Source of the DNA: Lytechinus pictus | Lineage: Eukaryota | Assembly: GCF_037042905.1 (NCBI RefSeq) | Contig: NC_087258.1 | Coordinates: 13,516,001 to 13,580,000, forward strand | Length of the DNA stretch: 64,000 nucleotides | Direction: 5' to 3' | Shown: in pieces, positions 50,395-64,000 of the stretch | Layout: every line of letters begins with the position of its first letter | Numbering within the stretch: position 1 is the first letter of the stretch | Translations under genes and position numbers: made by a program | The notes under the pieces: model-generated | The model's database searches: none | What the model saw: the letters and a program-made list of their open reading frames with translations, nothing else | What the model was told of the DNA's origin: nothing

Positions 50395-50688
50395 TCCGCG
50401 ACCCCTGGGGAAACTATACAGGGGTTGGAGATTAAATCGGAGAAAGGATTAGTGAGATGAGACGGGTAATTGTTGGTAGATAAATTGCCACTTGATCTGC
50501 ACTGTCTTTGTCTACTTTCATTTGGTTCGTCGACTATCCATTTTGGTCTAATCGCCATTTAGCAAATGTTTGCCAAGTTCGCCATTGATAGGGTTATTTT
50601 TTTGTTGTTTCATGACTTCTTTAACTTTTTTGGGGAGGGGGGGGGTGTTCATATCCATTAAATTTTTAAAATATATATCACTTAATTG

Positions 50689-50900
50689 ATGTGTTGGCTC
50701 AGTTGGTAGAGCGTCCGTCTCACAACCGAGATGTCGGGAGTTCAAACCTCGGCCGCGTCAGATATGTTAAAAGAAGGGAGTTGCTGCTACCCTGCTTGAC
50801 GGTCAACGATTTAGGGAATATAGCGATCTGGCGCAGCTCAGCGGCTGCCGGGACCTCGATCAATTGGGTGAAATGAATTTGTTGATGAAATCTATTTCTA
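50689..50900 (+). mobile_element. tRNA-derived SINE, family 2
   Basis: GGCTCAGTTGGTAGAGCG...GAGTTCAAACCTC head plus the shared body. Confidence 0.75.
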
Positions 50901-51068
50901 ATTTCTTTTCCGAAAAATAAAATGTGGATATTTTCATAACTTTTATCATTATGTGCCCCTAAGGTTTGGCTTATGATCCCCATATGTTCCCTCCCTATAA
51001 GAATTGCCACCCCTCCCCCGTAGATACACCATACAACTGTGCCTAAATAACGGTTACTATGATGAAGT

Positions 51069-51722
51069 TGTCTGGTATTATTCTTCAAGAGTTGTCTAGC
51101 ATTTGTAGCAAAGTAACACGCAACAATGGACAGGCATGTTGGTGAAACATTCATAAGGTCAATATGTACTTACAATGTACACACAGGAACAATTCGAATT
51201 CACTGAAGCACTACTCACGAGACCATTAAAACATCAACTCAACCAAAGTAGAGTCTTTCCAAGATCCCGAGGACTGAAGTAAGAGCCCCTTCACATAAAA
51301 CAGAACATAAGACTTCTCCTCAACTCAATAAAGGAGTTTCTTTACATAAAACAGAACATAAGACTTCTCTTAAACTTAATAAAAGAGTTTTTTAATGTGA
51401 AAGTAAATAACACAACGTGCACATGACTAAAGAATAATACTCGATTAAAACCCGTTAGTAGCTCTTTCACCAAACGGAAAATGGAGACCCTCTGTCCAGT
51501 TGCCTCTGTCTGAACCTTCAGATCTTCAGTCTACGCTCTCTCAACTGGAGCTACTTCGACTTGTAAGTCTCAACGACCTTTTTATAACTCAAAGATCTCT
51601 CGGTTAATATTTACGAACAACAAAATGTTCTAGGAATTATATGTAGTACTAGTATACGTACGATGGACATCCTTGAACTCTCACCTAAATATCTTAACAG
51701 TTTTCTTAAGGCTTACGAGACA
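51069..51722 (-). mobile_element. Probable solo LTR
   Basis: TGTCTGGTA...TACGAGACA inverted ends (TG...CA), flanked by GAAGT/AAAGT. TATAAAA on the minus strand near 51581. Internal tandem duplication of about 52 bp at 51291-51390. Confidence 0.5.
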
Positions 51723-52479
51723 AAAGTCACTGACGTCGATCGATGAAAGTATATTTTCTTATCCAATATTATCTAAAACACTTTTGAGAAGGGCACTTGG
51801 ATTTGCAGATGGGGTTGCTTGCGAGGTAATATCAGAGTATATAGGTTAGGTCTTAGACCTACCAGGTCGATCGTTAGGTTAAACTTTAATAACCATAATA
51901 ATAAAAATAACCAAAATAATTCATAATAGAAAAAGCAAAATAAAGATTTCTATTTTGCCAGACAAATGTTGTGGATCGTTCACCGCTATTAATATCATTT
52001 GTCTTACCCATCGCCCCCCCCCCTCCTATTCCTCCTCCATATCCTCCCTTATTCGGTCTCTTTCTCCCTCCCCCTCTCTCAATCTCACCTCTCCTTCTCT
52101 TTCCCTCTGCCCTGTTCTCATATACAAATTATTTATTTTAATCATATAGACATGTAAGTCGCAATGGAAGTGCTCCAATTTCGATCTATTTCATTATTGA
52201 TAAGGAAAAATAGTACGAATTCCAAGAAAAAACTAAAATAACCTCGAAAGTGCAAATTTTATGGTCTAAGAATTTACAAATCAATAGGCTGGTAAATAAA
52301 GTCGAGAAGAATACAAAACGGAAGATATAAAAGAAAAGGAAAAGAAAGAGAGGCATATAGAGAAAGGAGAAGAAAACATGGAGATTGAGAGCAAGAAATC
52401 TTCGGTAAGGGGGGGAAAAAGAAAAGCCAACGAAAAGATGATAGAGATGGCATATCAGAAAGAAAACTAAATAACAGAA

Positions 52480-52617
52480 TGATGCAAAATTAGAGAGAGA
52501 GAGAGAGAACGTGCGCAATAAAAGGGAGAAAAGACAAAAAATAACGAATAGAGAGAAGGAAAAAAATAAAGAAGCAAAGAAGGAAGGAAAGAAAGAAAGA
52601 TAGTAAGAAAGAAAGAG

Positions 52618-52655
<38 letters not shown>

Positions 52656-52790
52656 GAAGAAAGAAAGATAAAGAGGAAGGAATGAATGACTTTTTTAAGG
52701 AGAAATAAAAAGGGGCAAATATGGAAGGAAAGTAAACGAAACTGACGGAAAGAAGGGAAGACAAAAAGGGGGATAAAGAACGAAGAAATG
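52480..52790. repeat. Purine-rich (GA)/(GAAA)n tract
   Basis: GAAA tandem run around 52580-52660. Confidence 0.85.
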
Positions 52791-55539
52791 CCGATGCTGA
52801 GGTGTATACTATTGACGTTCCGACTGCAAGCAATCATGAGAATGACGTCATAATACTCGAGATATATGCAAGAATGTGAAGAAGGTACTTCAATTTCTGA
52901 TTTATTTGAGCATCGAACTTACGCGTTGTGTAATCAAAGGGATGCACTCCAGTGACAATTCAAATATTGGACATGGATTTTTCTTCTCTTTCGTTTTTAT
53001 TTCAAGTAACCTACTTTAAATCACTTATAATATGTGTATTTTGTTTTCCCTTTATCAATATGAAGACATATCGGTAGACCCACAAGGATAGATACTGCTG
53101 AGTAGGGCTATTCAGTTTTTGTTAATTTCACATGTATTTTATTTTGTTTTAAGGGAAATAAATCAAAATATTTTTATGATTATAACGATATGAAATGACA
53201 TATATATGCAGCCCATTACATCATGCTACGACTTTATCTTTTCTCATTTAGCAAGCTATTTCCCTTCTTATTATAAATTCAGAGCTTCGTTATAGCACAA
53301 ACTTGCAGCTAATATACGCCTAGTATATTTTTAGAAGATGTAACGATACTTGTTTATCTATAGGAATCCATACCATGTCTAAACCCAGCTCAGACACCAT
53401 ATTGGACAAACGGAGATTTGGCTGGAACACAATAAATCACCGATGTGGTTCATTTGGCTTGCGAAAACAAGGTGTTGTTAAAAGATATATTTGGTTCTTG
53501 TTTACGATGTTTAGCTCGAGAATGACATGGAAATTTTACGCACGGGGAGAGAAGGGGTAGCCCTATTTAAACAAAATAATCTAGGTGTCCCGAGCACGCG
53601 ATCCTGGCTCCCTAGGTACAGCCAATGCGATCGACGGACACACGAAGCGAGGTTGCGAAGCGAGTGAACAGATTTCGTAGTTTTATGAAGGAAATCTGCA
53701 TATTTTCATTAAAGCGACCAACATTAGTTTATGTGCCTCTAAATATGAAAACAAAATAATACCAAAGGGGGCGAGGTTGTAATGCGAATGAACAGATATA
53801 ATTTTATGATTTTAATCTGCAAAGCGACCAACATCGGATTATGTTCCCCTATCTATGAAAACAAAATAAGAATAGCAAGGGTGGTGCTACAGGGGGCAGG
53901 TCCTGGAGTCCCTGGGGTGGAAGGGAGTAGGGCACTCGGATTTGGAAAAAATGCAGGAGTATGCGGCCCCAAAATCTGAAACCATACCTTTTCAATGAAA
54001 TGGGTGTGTGGGGGGGGGGGGGGGGGGCTTAAGAACTAATAATAATAATAATAATCAGATAATAATCAATAAAAGAACTAGATGTCCATCTGCAGAGGGG
54101 TCTTCCAGAACTGACGTATGGACTGAGGGGCTATTAAGGAACGGGAGAGAATGGGTTGGTCAAAGAAAAAGGGTAAAACTGATATGCTTGGGAACCGCGG
54201 GAAAGGCGTGAAGTGGGGGATCAAGTGCCGCGCAAATTCATACTGCCATAATACGTGAGTGGGTCTTTGGTGCCCCCCCCCCCCATCCCACCCGTGCCTA
54301 TAATTTTTAATTTGGAAAATGGAAAAAAATTCTCCTGTGGCCAATTGTCAAAACAGTCGGACACTGGATCTGGGGACCAATGATGAATCGGCCTATATCA
54401 TTATGAATATATGACTGTGCGGGTGCCATGTGTTGCAGGGAACAGTAATTTTCCTAAAGAAAACAATGTGGCCCGATATGCCTCTTTAGTTCTAATGCCC
54501 TATGAAAATAAACTCATGAATGCCATTCAATTACTAATCTGAAAAAGGGCTACACGCCGTGGCTTGTGCCATTTATTTTAAGCAACAGACAAATATAAAA
54601 TAAAACAGCCCCCTTCCCCCTCAAACAAAAAATAAGAAAGGAAAAAAAATGCGCCGCCAGGGCAAGATTTTTTTTACACCAGTGACATGGACCCTAATCC
54701 GTTTCGAGACGGTGACATCTTGTTTTGTTTTCCGATTAAAATGTGAAAAAAATAAATAGCTCAGTCGACTCGCATGGCTACACACATATTGAAAGCCTAT
54801 AGACACCCAGATGATTAATCATACCGTAACATTGGAATTTGTTTTATAGGGAAGATGAACGAGAAAACAATATGAAGAAAAGAAAATATTGTTAACAAAC
54901 TTACCAGGGCCCTGGGACGATTTATTTGCATTGGATGCTGATGTGAATTTGAAAGCCCCCCCCCCCCTCAAAAAAGGGTTCCATCCCCCCAAAAATGGAG
55001 GTCATATCGGTTCTGAGAAATTTGACAAGCAAGAAGAAAAAAGATTCTTCACTACAAAATGGAGGTCATTTTGGTCCGAGAGAAATTTGACAAGCAAAAA
55101 AAAGTGACAACAGAATGTTGGTCATTTTGTTATACACCGTTTTTCTCAATGTTGCCACATGTGCCGTAATTTCATGGGGGGTGCTGCCTATGGAGAATGA
55201 ATAAGGCACGCAGCACCCCCAGGAAAATCTATGGGGTGCTTCAGCACCTCCAGTTCCCAGGGCCATGTAATTACAGACCTCTTGTTAAAAGAAAAATACA
55301 TCCTTATGTGAAGCTGGTTTCATGAAATCAGATTTCTTGTTTTAGTGGGAGGTTAGGCGATTTTGTTGATTTTGCCCCATGCAACTAGCAGCCCCCACCC
55401 CGCATGCTGTGTATAATAATAAAATCTAACGAAATTTAACCGAATGTCTATTTCTATGGTACAATAGCACAACTAACGGCCATCCTTATTACTCATGATG
55501 AATTAATACATGTACTCTTTTTGGAAATATCTATATCTC

Positions 55540-56096
55540 AATAAATAGAGCAAAATGCTGTAAATTTGATCAAAATTGGATAACAAATAACAAACTGGTT
55601 ATTGAATTTTAAAGATTTGCATTATTCCGGTGAAACAGTTCTAGGCATGTCTTTATGAATATTCATAAGGTGGGCTGATGATGTCATATCCCCACTTGTT
55701 CTTTTATATTTTATTATATGAAATTAGGTTTATTCAAACAATTTCTACCAAGAACTAAAACAACTGGATCGACAACTAAGTGCATTAGTTATTTATTGCC
55801 GCAACTTATTTCATCATAATGGAGACACATCATTTACACATGTATGAACAAATTAAACATTTATGATTTCATGTAATAACATAAGAAAAAGGAAAGTGGG
55901 GATGTGACATCATCAGCCCACCTAACGAATATTCATGACCATGTGCATAAAAGTGTTTTCACAAAATATTGATAAACTTTTGAAATTCAATAACTTCGTT
56001 ATTTGTTATCCGATTTTGATGAAATTTTCAGCATTTTGCTCTATGAATTTTACTCTATTTAGATATTAATATTTTCAGCCCGGACCATCCCTTTAA
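55540..56096. mobile_element. Kolobok/T2-like MITE, left end truncated
   Basis: Long imperfect internal inverted repeat (GAGCAAAATGCTG...CAGCATTTTGCTC; GTGGGCTGATGATGTCA/TGACATCATCAGCCCAC). Right end CCCTTTAA. Confidence 0.65.
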
Positions 56097-59000
56097 AATG
56101 ACTGGTCAAAATAACCAAGACGATTTATGAATAACTGTCAGACAAATATGGTAAATATTGACCCATTTCTTGCTTTAAATGTACCGGTTGATTTTTTTAT
56201 ATTTCTTTTCTTTTTAATGTTTGTTGATCAAACGCAAGTCATATTCACCAACACAGGAAGTATCTACATCCTTTTCAAAACTTTCTCATCAGGAGAATTA
56301 CAATATATTATTGATACAAATCGGATCATTTCACCGCTGCTGGTGCTGGCCCTCCTAAAGTAAAATAGTTTCTTTTGTTGAAAATCCAATCCTTTCAGAT
56401 ATTGAAGTCAATCAATTACTTAATCTTAACTACAACACACTCCAGTTACCAAACAGAAAAAGATTAGCACCGGTATATAAACCTAAATGTATATCGGAAA
56501 TCAAATCACACACCAACTCAACGAAAGAGATCGAGGAACCATGAAGATCTAAATAAGGCATTAAAAAAAAACCTTGGGCGCACTGGGGGCGCACTGGCAC
56601 CAAAGATGATCATTCGACCTATTCAGGGAGGTCATCGAAGGGGGGGGGGGGGTCATGTCAATTCGCAAATATTTGAAAGGGAGAACATGAGTTGAGAATT
56701 TGAAAGAGAAAGACAAAAAAAAATTTAAGAATTTTGAAACATAAGAAAGGGAGTGTAAAGAGAAGAAGGGGGAAGGGGGGAATTAAGGAGTAAATCTTGT
56801 AGGTCCATTAAAGACTTAGGTTGGACGGAAAATATGAATAAAATAACGGTGATTCTTTATTTTGCTACAAACTTATTTAAAAAAAAGATAGATATTAGAA
56901 TTGGAGGAACGAAATTCATACTCTTTGCGCCTTCCTCATCAAGCTTTGTAAACATAGGGATAAATGAGTGAATGAATCAATGAATAAATAATTTAATGTA
57001 TGTGGGAATTAATGAATACGTAAATATATGAATAAGCAAATAAATTCATAAATGAATAAATAAACAAACAAATCAAATGACAGACTGTTAAAAATGAAAA
57101 ATACTTTTTTTTTCAACAGTCAATGAATAATACACTGTATGATGCAACTTTCGGTTGAATCGCGATACTTCTGTAAAGAAGCATCCATAAATTAGAGTCA
57201 TTTAGTAAACAACTCTATTGTTATGGTGTATGAAATCATGCATGAGGAATTCCGGGAAATGTCTTTTGTAATATCGAAATATTCGAGGTATATTTAGTCA
57301 AGGGCCAATCACACTGCATCTCTGACCCCCCCCCCCCCTTTCACTCTCTCTCTCTCTGTTTTTTTTTTCTCTCTCTCTCCCTTTCATCGCGAAAGTTTTA
57401 ATTCCAATGGATGTAAATCACCTTTTCTAAAAGGGCAAAAATAAACAAAATCGAGAAAGTAACAAGGAAAAGCAATTTTTTATACTGAATTTTATCAATG
57501 GAATAAAAATTTCCTGTAGATTTTTCTTTTCTAATTCGTGTAATTTAGTATCAATTAGTTTTTCATCAGGTCGATTGTCCTTATGAATTACCCCGTCCCC
57601 ACCTGTCTCCCTCTAGCGCACCCCCTCCATAAACTCCCTCACTCTTCCACTCAAACACACCTCCCCCTCCCACACACAAAGATTCAAACATGAATGAGAA
57701 ATATAGAATCCTTTTTAAATGAACCCCCTCCAATTTCTTCACTCGTTCTATCCCCCTACCTCCCCCCCCCCCCTCTCTCTCCTCCACTTGCTCTATCTCT
57801 CTCACCAACATGTATGCAATCACAAGTGTAGAATCTGTAACAAAGGCATCAGAATGTTGGTTTAACTTGAATTTAATAAGTTTTGCATGAAAGGTCTCAG
57901 CACAATACCATAATGTTCAACTTTACAGTTCTCCCAATAACTGGTGTGACTTGAGGTTCAACAACCCAAGATAGATTTCACTCAAAAGTGAATCCTTTTT
58001 CTATGATCATATCATGTGAAATAAAATACATCCTTTATGATAAATACATTCCGTACTTCAATCAATTTTTTCTGAGAAAACAAGTCTAATGAAAGCTTTA
58101 CCTCAAATACTTGAAACAAAGCAGATTCCTAATTGATTTTGAAGTAAGTTACATTGATTTGCAGTGTCATTTTTCAATTTGTTAATCAGTTTTACTGGAA
58201 TGAAAATTAAATATTTGCAGACTTTTTTGTATAAGCAAATGCATTTATTTGCAAAACCCAATAAATCATTTTTTTTAAATCTGAAACAAAGAGATGAGTG
58301 AGGACTTGAGAAAGTTGGATAATGATTTCATCATAAATGACTTACATGAAAAGCTTCAAATCAGTGGGAGAACCTGAAAATATGATATATTGTCATCAAT
58401 CCTGTTTGACATACATGTATACATGAATTTACAGATCTATGATTTTCATATGATCTACCAACTTGGATACCTGGGGACTGTTTCACAATGCAGCATGTCA
58501 GTGATTTTCACCGACTTTTATTTGTTCTGAGCCAATCAGATACAAAGATTTTAGTAGCTTATAACATTTATCAGTGATTTTTTGAAATGCTCCCCATTAC
58601 TTGTCTAAATCCCACTAGCCTAACTAAAATGTTGTTGCATTTAATCAATATCAACACCATCTGTGATAGTGTAAGGCATATCTTATCACAATCAAAACAA
58701 GAACTTACATGTAGCAAAACCATAATTATATTCCACCACAACATCAATAAATGCTTTGGGCATCAAACTAAGGTATTTCTAAAGTCATCAATAAGTTATC
58801 GTACAGCTTTCCAAACCACTCCTCAGGAATGTTATATTAATGAAATATTGAGCAAAGATCAAAATTCAAGGTCAAATATGTAAATGTAAAGTGATATTCT
58901 TTGATTACCTGTATTTTAATTCTCTTAGTGATGCAAAATGTGTAGGGGGGAAAACATACCTAAGGATACAGATTCTGAAAGAAAGATTTTGAAACACTAT

Positions 59001-60297
59001 TACAAACACATTCAATGTCATGGATATCTACATGAACTTCACAAATTTCTTACAATAGATACAAAACGAAATGCTATCATCACACCAACATATGAATTCA
59101 GATGTATACTAGTAACAATGTGTCTAGTTCCATATCATGTGTCTGATATACATATATATGACACCCATTGCTCTCTATATGGTATGTTGAAGATCCTGTT
59201 TAAAGAAACAATGCTAATTGGAGGAGAGTGTTAACAGCTAAAATCAATTTTTGAAGACCTCGTTTAGAAGCATAAAATAAAAGACAAACAAAAACACAAA
59301 TTGAAAGCTTGCAAGCTTCAAAATACAACACTGCTAGTTTCATGCCTTTTCATCAGTAACCTGTATCATAAGACTTTGCGACTGATTATTGGGCGAATTT
59401 TTACGATTGATTGTATAGACAGTTGTGTATGATCAATCATAAAAGTCAGCCAAACGATCGATCGCTACGCTTTATGATATGAAGCCCAGATGAGTATTTG
59501 CTACAGAAACACTCAAATTTGCAGGCCTCAAAAACAGGTAATCGCGACCCTACTCACACAACCTGATGTCACAGACTTCAGAGTAACACAATATAGACTC
59601 TTTTCAAAGCTTTCAGATTCTAAACTTCATGAAGCAAAAATACTCGGCCGATATGTTTCAACCTTATTCTGGGATTTCCCTTGATAAGTGTCTTTGGCTT
59701 CTGGCAATTCCTCCATATTCAGGTTACATATGTTTTGTTTCTTAGGTTGTTCTTTGTAATTATTGTAGCTTTTGATATTGTTATTTTTTGTATTTTTTTC
59801 ATTTCTTTATCAACTCTTGTTTGTATTATCTATCATGTTTTTTTTACATTGTTCAATTTGAATATGGAAATAAAATGAATTGAATTGATTGAGTTGAAAG
59901 TAGTCATAATACCTGAAGCTTGTACAGGCCTATAAATTCTTCTTTTGTCTTTCACTAATGTACATGTACAGTTGTTTTTGGGTTTCACACTAGGCCCATA
60001 AATATCAAATATATACATGAACATAGATCTTGTCACACATCAAATTCAAAATAGAATGTTGATAATGATTCATGACATGATATACAACACATCAAGATGG
60101 CATGTGCACTTTGCTAATCTGTCCCCATATGCTGGTATGATGAAAGCATTAATAGCTTAAAGGGAGTGCATCATTGTGAAATCTGCAGACAAGACTTGAT
60201 GAAAAGCAGGCTCTGAACAGACAAACCAATCATGCGTGTGTTAGAAGTAACCCAATGATAGCTTGTATGTTCACACCAAGCCTTTCAAAAACACACA

Positions 60298-60605
60298 GGC
60301 CTGTATTCTGAAGTCGAGTTTAACTTAGACCATGCTCTAACTCTGTGCTAAAATTATGGGAAGCCAAACGTCAAAATTTTGTTTACATGGTATGTTTCTT
60401 ATGTTTACTGTGCTCTTCAATAATTCTATAATGTTGAAGCCAACTGTCTTATTTATCCTTCCCAGAAAGTTAATAACGATTTGAGAGTCAATTGAGCTGA
60501 TATACTGAACCTTCTGTTAGAGATTTCTGTCCCTATTAACTATGTGTAGTTGAACTACATCTTTAGAACAGAGTTTGAATTAAACCTGACTTCAGAATAT
60601 GGGCC
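60298..60605. mobile_element. MITE just downstream of the PSMB6 stop codon
   Basis: TIRs GGCCTGTATTCTGAAGTC / GACTTCAGAATATGGGCC. Confidence 0.68.
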
Positions 60606-60675
60606 ACTGACTTGTCTGCCAGTTTCCACGAAGCACTACCTTTTACATTTTCAAAGCATAAGTTAAGGTAGGTTT

Positions 60676-60803
60676 TTAACCTTCATAGAAGCGAGGTAAT
60701 TCGTTTCCTAAGATGGTCTTCCTTTCTACACCATCCTCTGTGATGACTGCTAGACGTACGATACCTCCGCTGGATCCGTCACGGAACATTGCTAGAGATA
60801 CAG
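60676..60803 (-). CDS. PSMB6: Proteasome subunit beta type-6, last exon
   Basis: (A)[41 protein letters not shown] then TAA. RDGSSGG is the beta1 signature, and the phase matches the upstream exon. Confidence 0.93.
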
Positions 60804-60936
60804 CTGAAAGATTTAAAGAGTAGAAACAAATGATGATTAATATTACTGTATTTCTCTGCTTATTCATTATTTGTACATTCATTTCATTGACTTCTTCAAT
60901 AATTATCAACATTTCTGTGTAAATCCTTATTCAGTA

Positions 60937-61353
60937 TTAAAGGTAAAAGAAAGTAGTTGCAGCAAAGAATAATTTCACGAGAAAGTCTTTTAAATCAAGG
61001 TTAATTGTCAGTTTTGTCACGATATTATCATTTATCTAGATCTGGTACATTAATGTCAACTTATCTTTGTGAAATTGTGTAATCTTAGCTCAAAACAGAT
61101 AATTCTGATGATCGCTAACACTGAAAAACATATGTGGGACAGTGTATTAATATTGCGTGGAAAAATACCCAACATTTGATGGAATTCTGTGCTTAGTTTG
61201 CTCATTTCTTAACAATTGTGCATTTTCTTTCAGAGCCGTTAGGCACTTTTTTTTCATTCATACATACATTGTACAAACACTTGGGTAGTAATTTCATTTG
61301 ATTCTGTTCAAACTCATTTTGAGATCATTACCACAACTGGTATTTATCCTTAA
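60937..61353. mobile_element. Kolobok/T2-like non-autonomous DNA transposon
   Basis: TTAAAGGTAAAAG...TTTATCCTTAA termini with TTAA sites; second copy at 8368-8730. Confidence 0.7.
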
Positions 61354-62049
61354 TTCATGCATTCATTTCATCAATATTATATATCTCATGCATTTCTCAC
61401 ATTTCATTCAGTAATTCATTAATTATTTTATTTTTAATCAATATTTTGGTATTCATTACTTAAACCTGCTTCATTTCATTCATTAGTCCAATCTTCACTT
61501 ATTCAATAATAATCAACATTTCTGTATTATTCATTCATTATTCATACATTCATTGCATCCATTTCATATGTCTCATTGATTTCATACATTTCATTCATCA
61601 ATTCAATAATTCATCTATTCATTTATCCATTAATAATAATTGTTGGTTCTTCTGTAGAGCCCATATCTTTTCCTCATTCCTCTCTTTCGATTAGACTTAT
61701 TCATTACATATATGTTATGCAGGGCCCGCTGGTAGAGCAGTTTTCTAACTGAAGTGGCTACCCAGGGTAAATAAAACGTTATTATTATTATCATTCATTG
61801 ATGTTGGTTTTTATTTTGAATCATTGGCAAGTTACTCAATTAAACTTGAATTGAAGACTTCAATGAATTTTCCACAAAAAATAAAAAAATAATAACTTCT
61901 CTCTTTTCAAGCTATTTTAACATTACCTAACCCATACAATTCTTAACCGGAATTTTCTTTCAGCAAGTTACTATGGAGACTCGAGTGCTCCTTGAGTTAG
62001 TGTGCACAGCGAGCACAGCAACTTCAAACAAACATTTTCTGTCTGTCAG

Positions 62050-62675
62050 AAGTGAGAGACTAGAAAGTCAAAAAGGGGCCTAAGCTTTCGATCCTAGCAG
62101 AATCTTCGTCGGAGGCAAAATGACAAACATATAAAGTGGAACAACCATAATATAGACCACAAACAAGCTACAGCAACACTAGAAACAAGGAGACAAAAGG
62201 GGCATTAGTGAGTAGAGAAGACCAATCAGGTTAGTGAAGGGGATGAAAGAAAAGGAGTAGGCAGACACAAAGGGAAGTTAGTGTAAGTAAGGCCAATAAA
62301 AGACCTCAAGCCAAGAGGGATTGAAATAATGAGGCAGGCAACATCAAACAGGATCTGGAACAAAACAGTGATAATGGGATGAAAAACAAGAGAATTAGTG
62401 AGAGGTGGGTCAAACAGGTTACAAAGAAAGGCTTAATAAACTGGTGCATAAGAGTGGGGGAAAAAAGAAAAAGAATGGGGAACAACTGATAATGTGCAAA
62501 AGACATATGAGTATATATGATAAAGCATTAAACAAACTAAGAGAAGAAGGTAAGTGTAAATATGTGTCTATAAGTGATATGTATATAAATATATCCAAAA
62601 AAGAAATGTATATGAAAAAATATAGAAATACACATATGGTGTAACTGATATTGTAATCCGCTAGGTGTGACGGGA
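62050..62675 (-). mobile_element. Penelope-like retroelement 3' fragment in the last PSMB6 intron
   Basis: The minus strand begins with a T-P-S-G-L-(N-I) remnant resembling the GIY-YIG C-terminal P.GLN motif (~62645-62672). A pyrimidine-rich tract follows, then a hammerhead-like motif at 62078-62116. Confidence 0.6.
62078..62116 (-). ncRNA. Minimal hammerhead ribozyme-like motif (Penelope type, variant core)
   Basis: Minus strand GCCT-CCGACGA-A-GATTCT-GCT-AGGATC-GAAA-GCTT-AGGC. Stem I GCCT/AGGC, stem II GATTCT/AGGATC, palindromic AAGCTT at stem III. The core has C in place of U in CUGANGA. Confidence 0.55.
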
Positions 62676-62700
62676 AAAAAACATAAGACTATATAGTAGG

Positions 62701-62735
<35 letters not shown>

Positions 62736-63129
62736 TGTATGTGAAAAAGAGGAAGCAAATTGCCTAAAAAGGTAAAAGCAAATAAAGAAGAGAGGGGGTG
62801 TATTATGAAGAAACCATAGTATACATGTAAATAAGCAAATGTGGTAAATCTAAAAGAGGTGAGTGGAGAAAAAACAAATATATATATATTTATATATAAT
62901 AATTATTATATCGCCTGAATAAGGAAGGAAAAATTGGAGCTGAGCTTGTATGAGATATGGGAGGAAAGTGAAGTAAGAAACTATAATATAACTATTCAAA
63001 AGAGCTGAGGGGAAAAATTATATGTATATATAAATTGAAGTGAGAGACGTCCATATCAAAGGAATACAAGTCTCGATACTAACCTACAGAAAACCACTTT
63101 GGGTTTAATATGAAGGCTAACACACTCAC

Positions 63130-63274
63130 CATTAGCTACGAATGTGAGGCATTCATCTTTGGTCATGCCTTCCTTGTAATGTGCGTCCACATAGCCATAG
63201 ATGTAGGTGCTTCCTGATCCCCCTATGGCACAAGGTTGTCTAACGAACATACCTCCTAGAGGTACAGAGTATAC
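63130..63274 (-). CDS. PSMB6: Proteasome subunit beta type-6 (beta1), penultimate exon (5' exons lie beyond window end)
   Basis: [54 protein letters not shown] acceptor, G|GTGAGT donor. Confidence 0.93.
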
Positions 63275-63319
63275 CTGCAATAGAACGATGAACAATTCAA
63301 CAATCTCAATTAGGTTCTT

Positions 63320-63500
63320 TAGGTCGGGAGTTCAAGCCACGGCCGCATCAGACCGAAAGACATTAAAAGATGGGAGCTACCCTATTTGGTGGTCAACGGT
63401 TTAAGGGATAGAGCAACGTCGGTTTGGAGCTGCACAGTTGCTGCTGGGCCCATGATCAATTGGGCCAAATTAATTTACAGAATATTTCATTTCAGATTTC
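63320..63500 (+). mobile_element. 5'-truncated SINE, family 2
   Basis: GGAGTTCAAGCC B box and GGCCGCATCAGACCGAAAGACATTAAAAGATGGGAG body. Confidence 0.65.
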
Positions 63501-63519
63501 TTTTTTGAACAATATAAAT

Positions 63520-63795
63520 GTGGTTGTGCCGTGGTCTAGTGGTTCTGACTCTCGCCTTTCAAACAGAGGGCCGTGGGTTCGAATCCTAGCCATGGCATGT
63601 TTTCCTTCAGCAAGAAATTTATCCACACTGTGCTGCACGTGACCCAGGTGAGGTGAATGGGTACCCGGCAGGATTATTTCCTTGAATGCACTGAGCGCCG
63701 GTGATGGTAGCTTGAGCTAAAGCCGGTGTAATAATAGCAGCGCTTTGTATCCTCAGGCAAAAAGCGTTTTATAAACCCAGCTATTATTATCATTA
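63520..63795 (+). mobile_element. tRNA-derived SINE, family 1
   Basis: TGGTCTAGTGG A box, GGTTCGAATCC B box, GCAAGAAATTTATCCACA body, (ATT)n tail. Confidence 0.78.
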
Positions 63796-64000
63796 GTATA
63801 TATTCTCATTCATTTTAAAGTTTTGTGTTATTCATTATTCCAGTTTATTACTATTTGGTTGGTAAATACTTTCTGACCAAATCACTTTGAAAAAATTGCA
63901 ATTTTCATCATTTGGGGTATTGTAGTTAATTGTGGGATTGCAGAATGTCCCTTCTAAAACACAGTGGCTTTATGTCATTGATGCATTTAAAATTTACAAA

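Noticed and set aside
52186-52837. 215-aa Phe/Leu/Ser-rich ORF that looks like a membrane protein
   Set aside because: Translation of a (TTTC)n / pyrimidine-rich simple repeat.

Overview
AT-rich eukaryotic (metazoan) genomic DNA with GT-AG introns. It is most consistent with an echinoderm such as a sea urchin; this is inferred from the Cys73-type H4 remnant, the intron-containing H2A ending in SMEY and the repeat landscape. Six protein-coding genes were assembled by hand from splice sites and exon phase. (1) The 5' part of an aldo-keto reductase (minus, runs off the left edge). (2) A complete 8-exon MIIP-like gene (minus, 541 aa). (3) XXYLT1 copy A (plus, 2 coding exons, 463 aa). (4) A 3-exon replacement-type H2A ending in H2A.X-like SMEY (minus, 133 aa), with a repeat-filled 3' region and a decayed H4 pseudogene head-to-head. 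(5) A divergent XXYLT1 copy B (plus, 396 aa, 9.8 kb intron) with substitutions in conserved active-site motifs. (6) The last two exons of proteasome subunit beta-6 (minus). Intergenic and intronic DNA is dense with MITEs (Harbinger-, hAT- and Kolobok/T2-like), tRNA-derived SINEs, an internally deleted LTR element, a probable solo LTR and LINE remnants. It also holds a near-perfect 790-bp palindrome and a Penelope-like fragment carrying a minimal hammerhead-ribozyme motif. There is one 186-nt assembly gap. No database searches were run; family names rest on recognised motifs.
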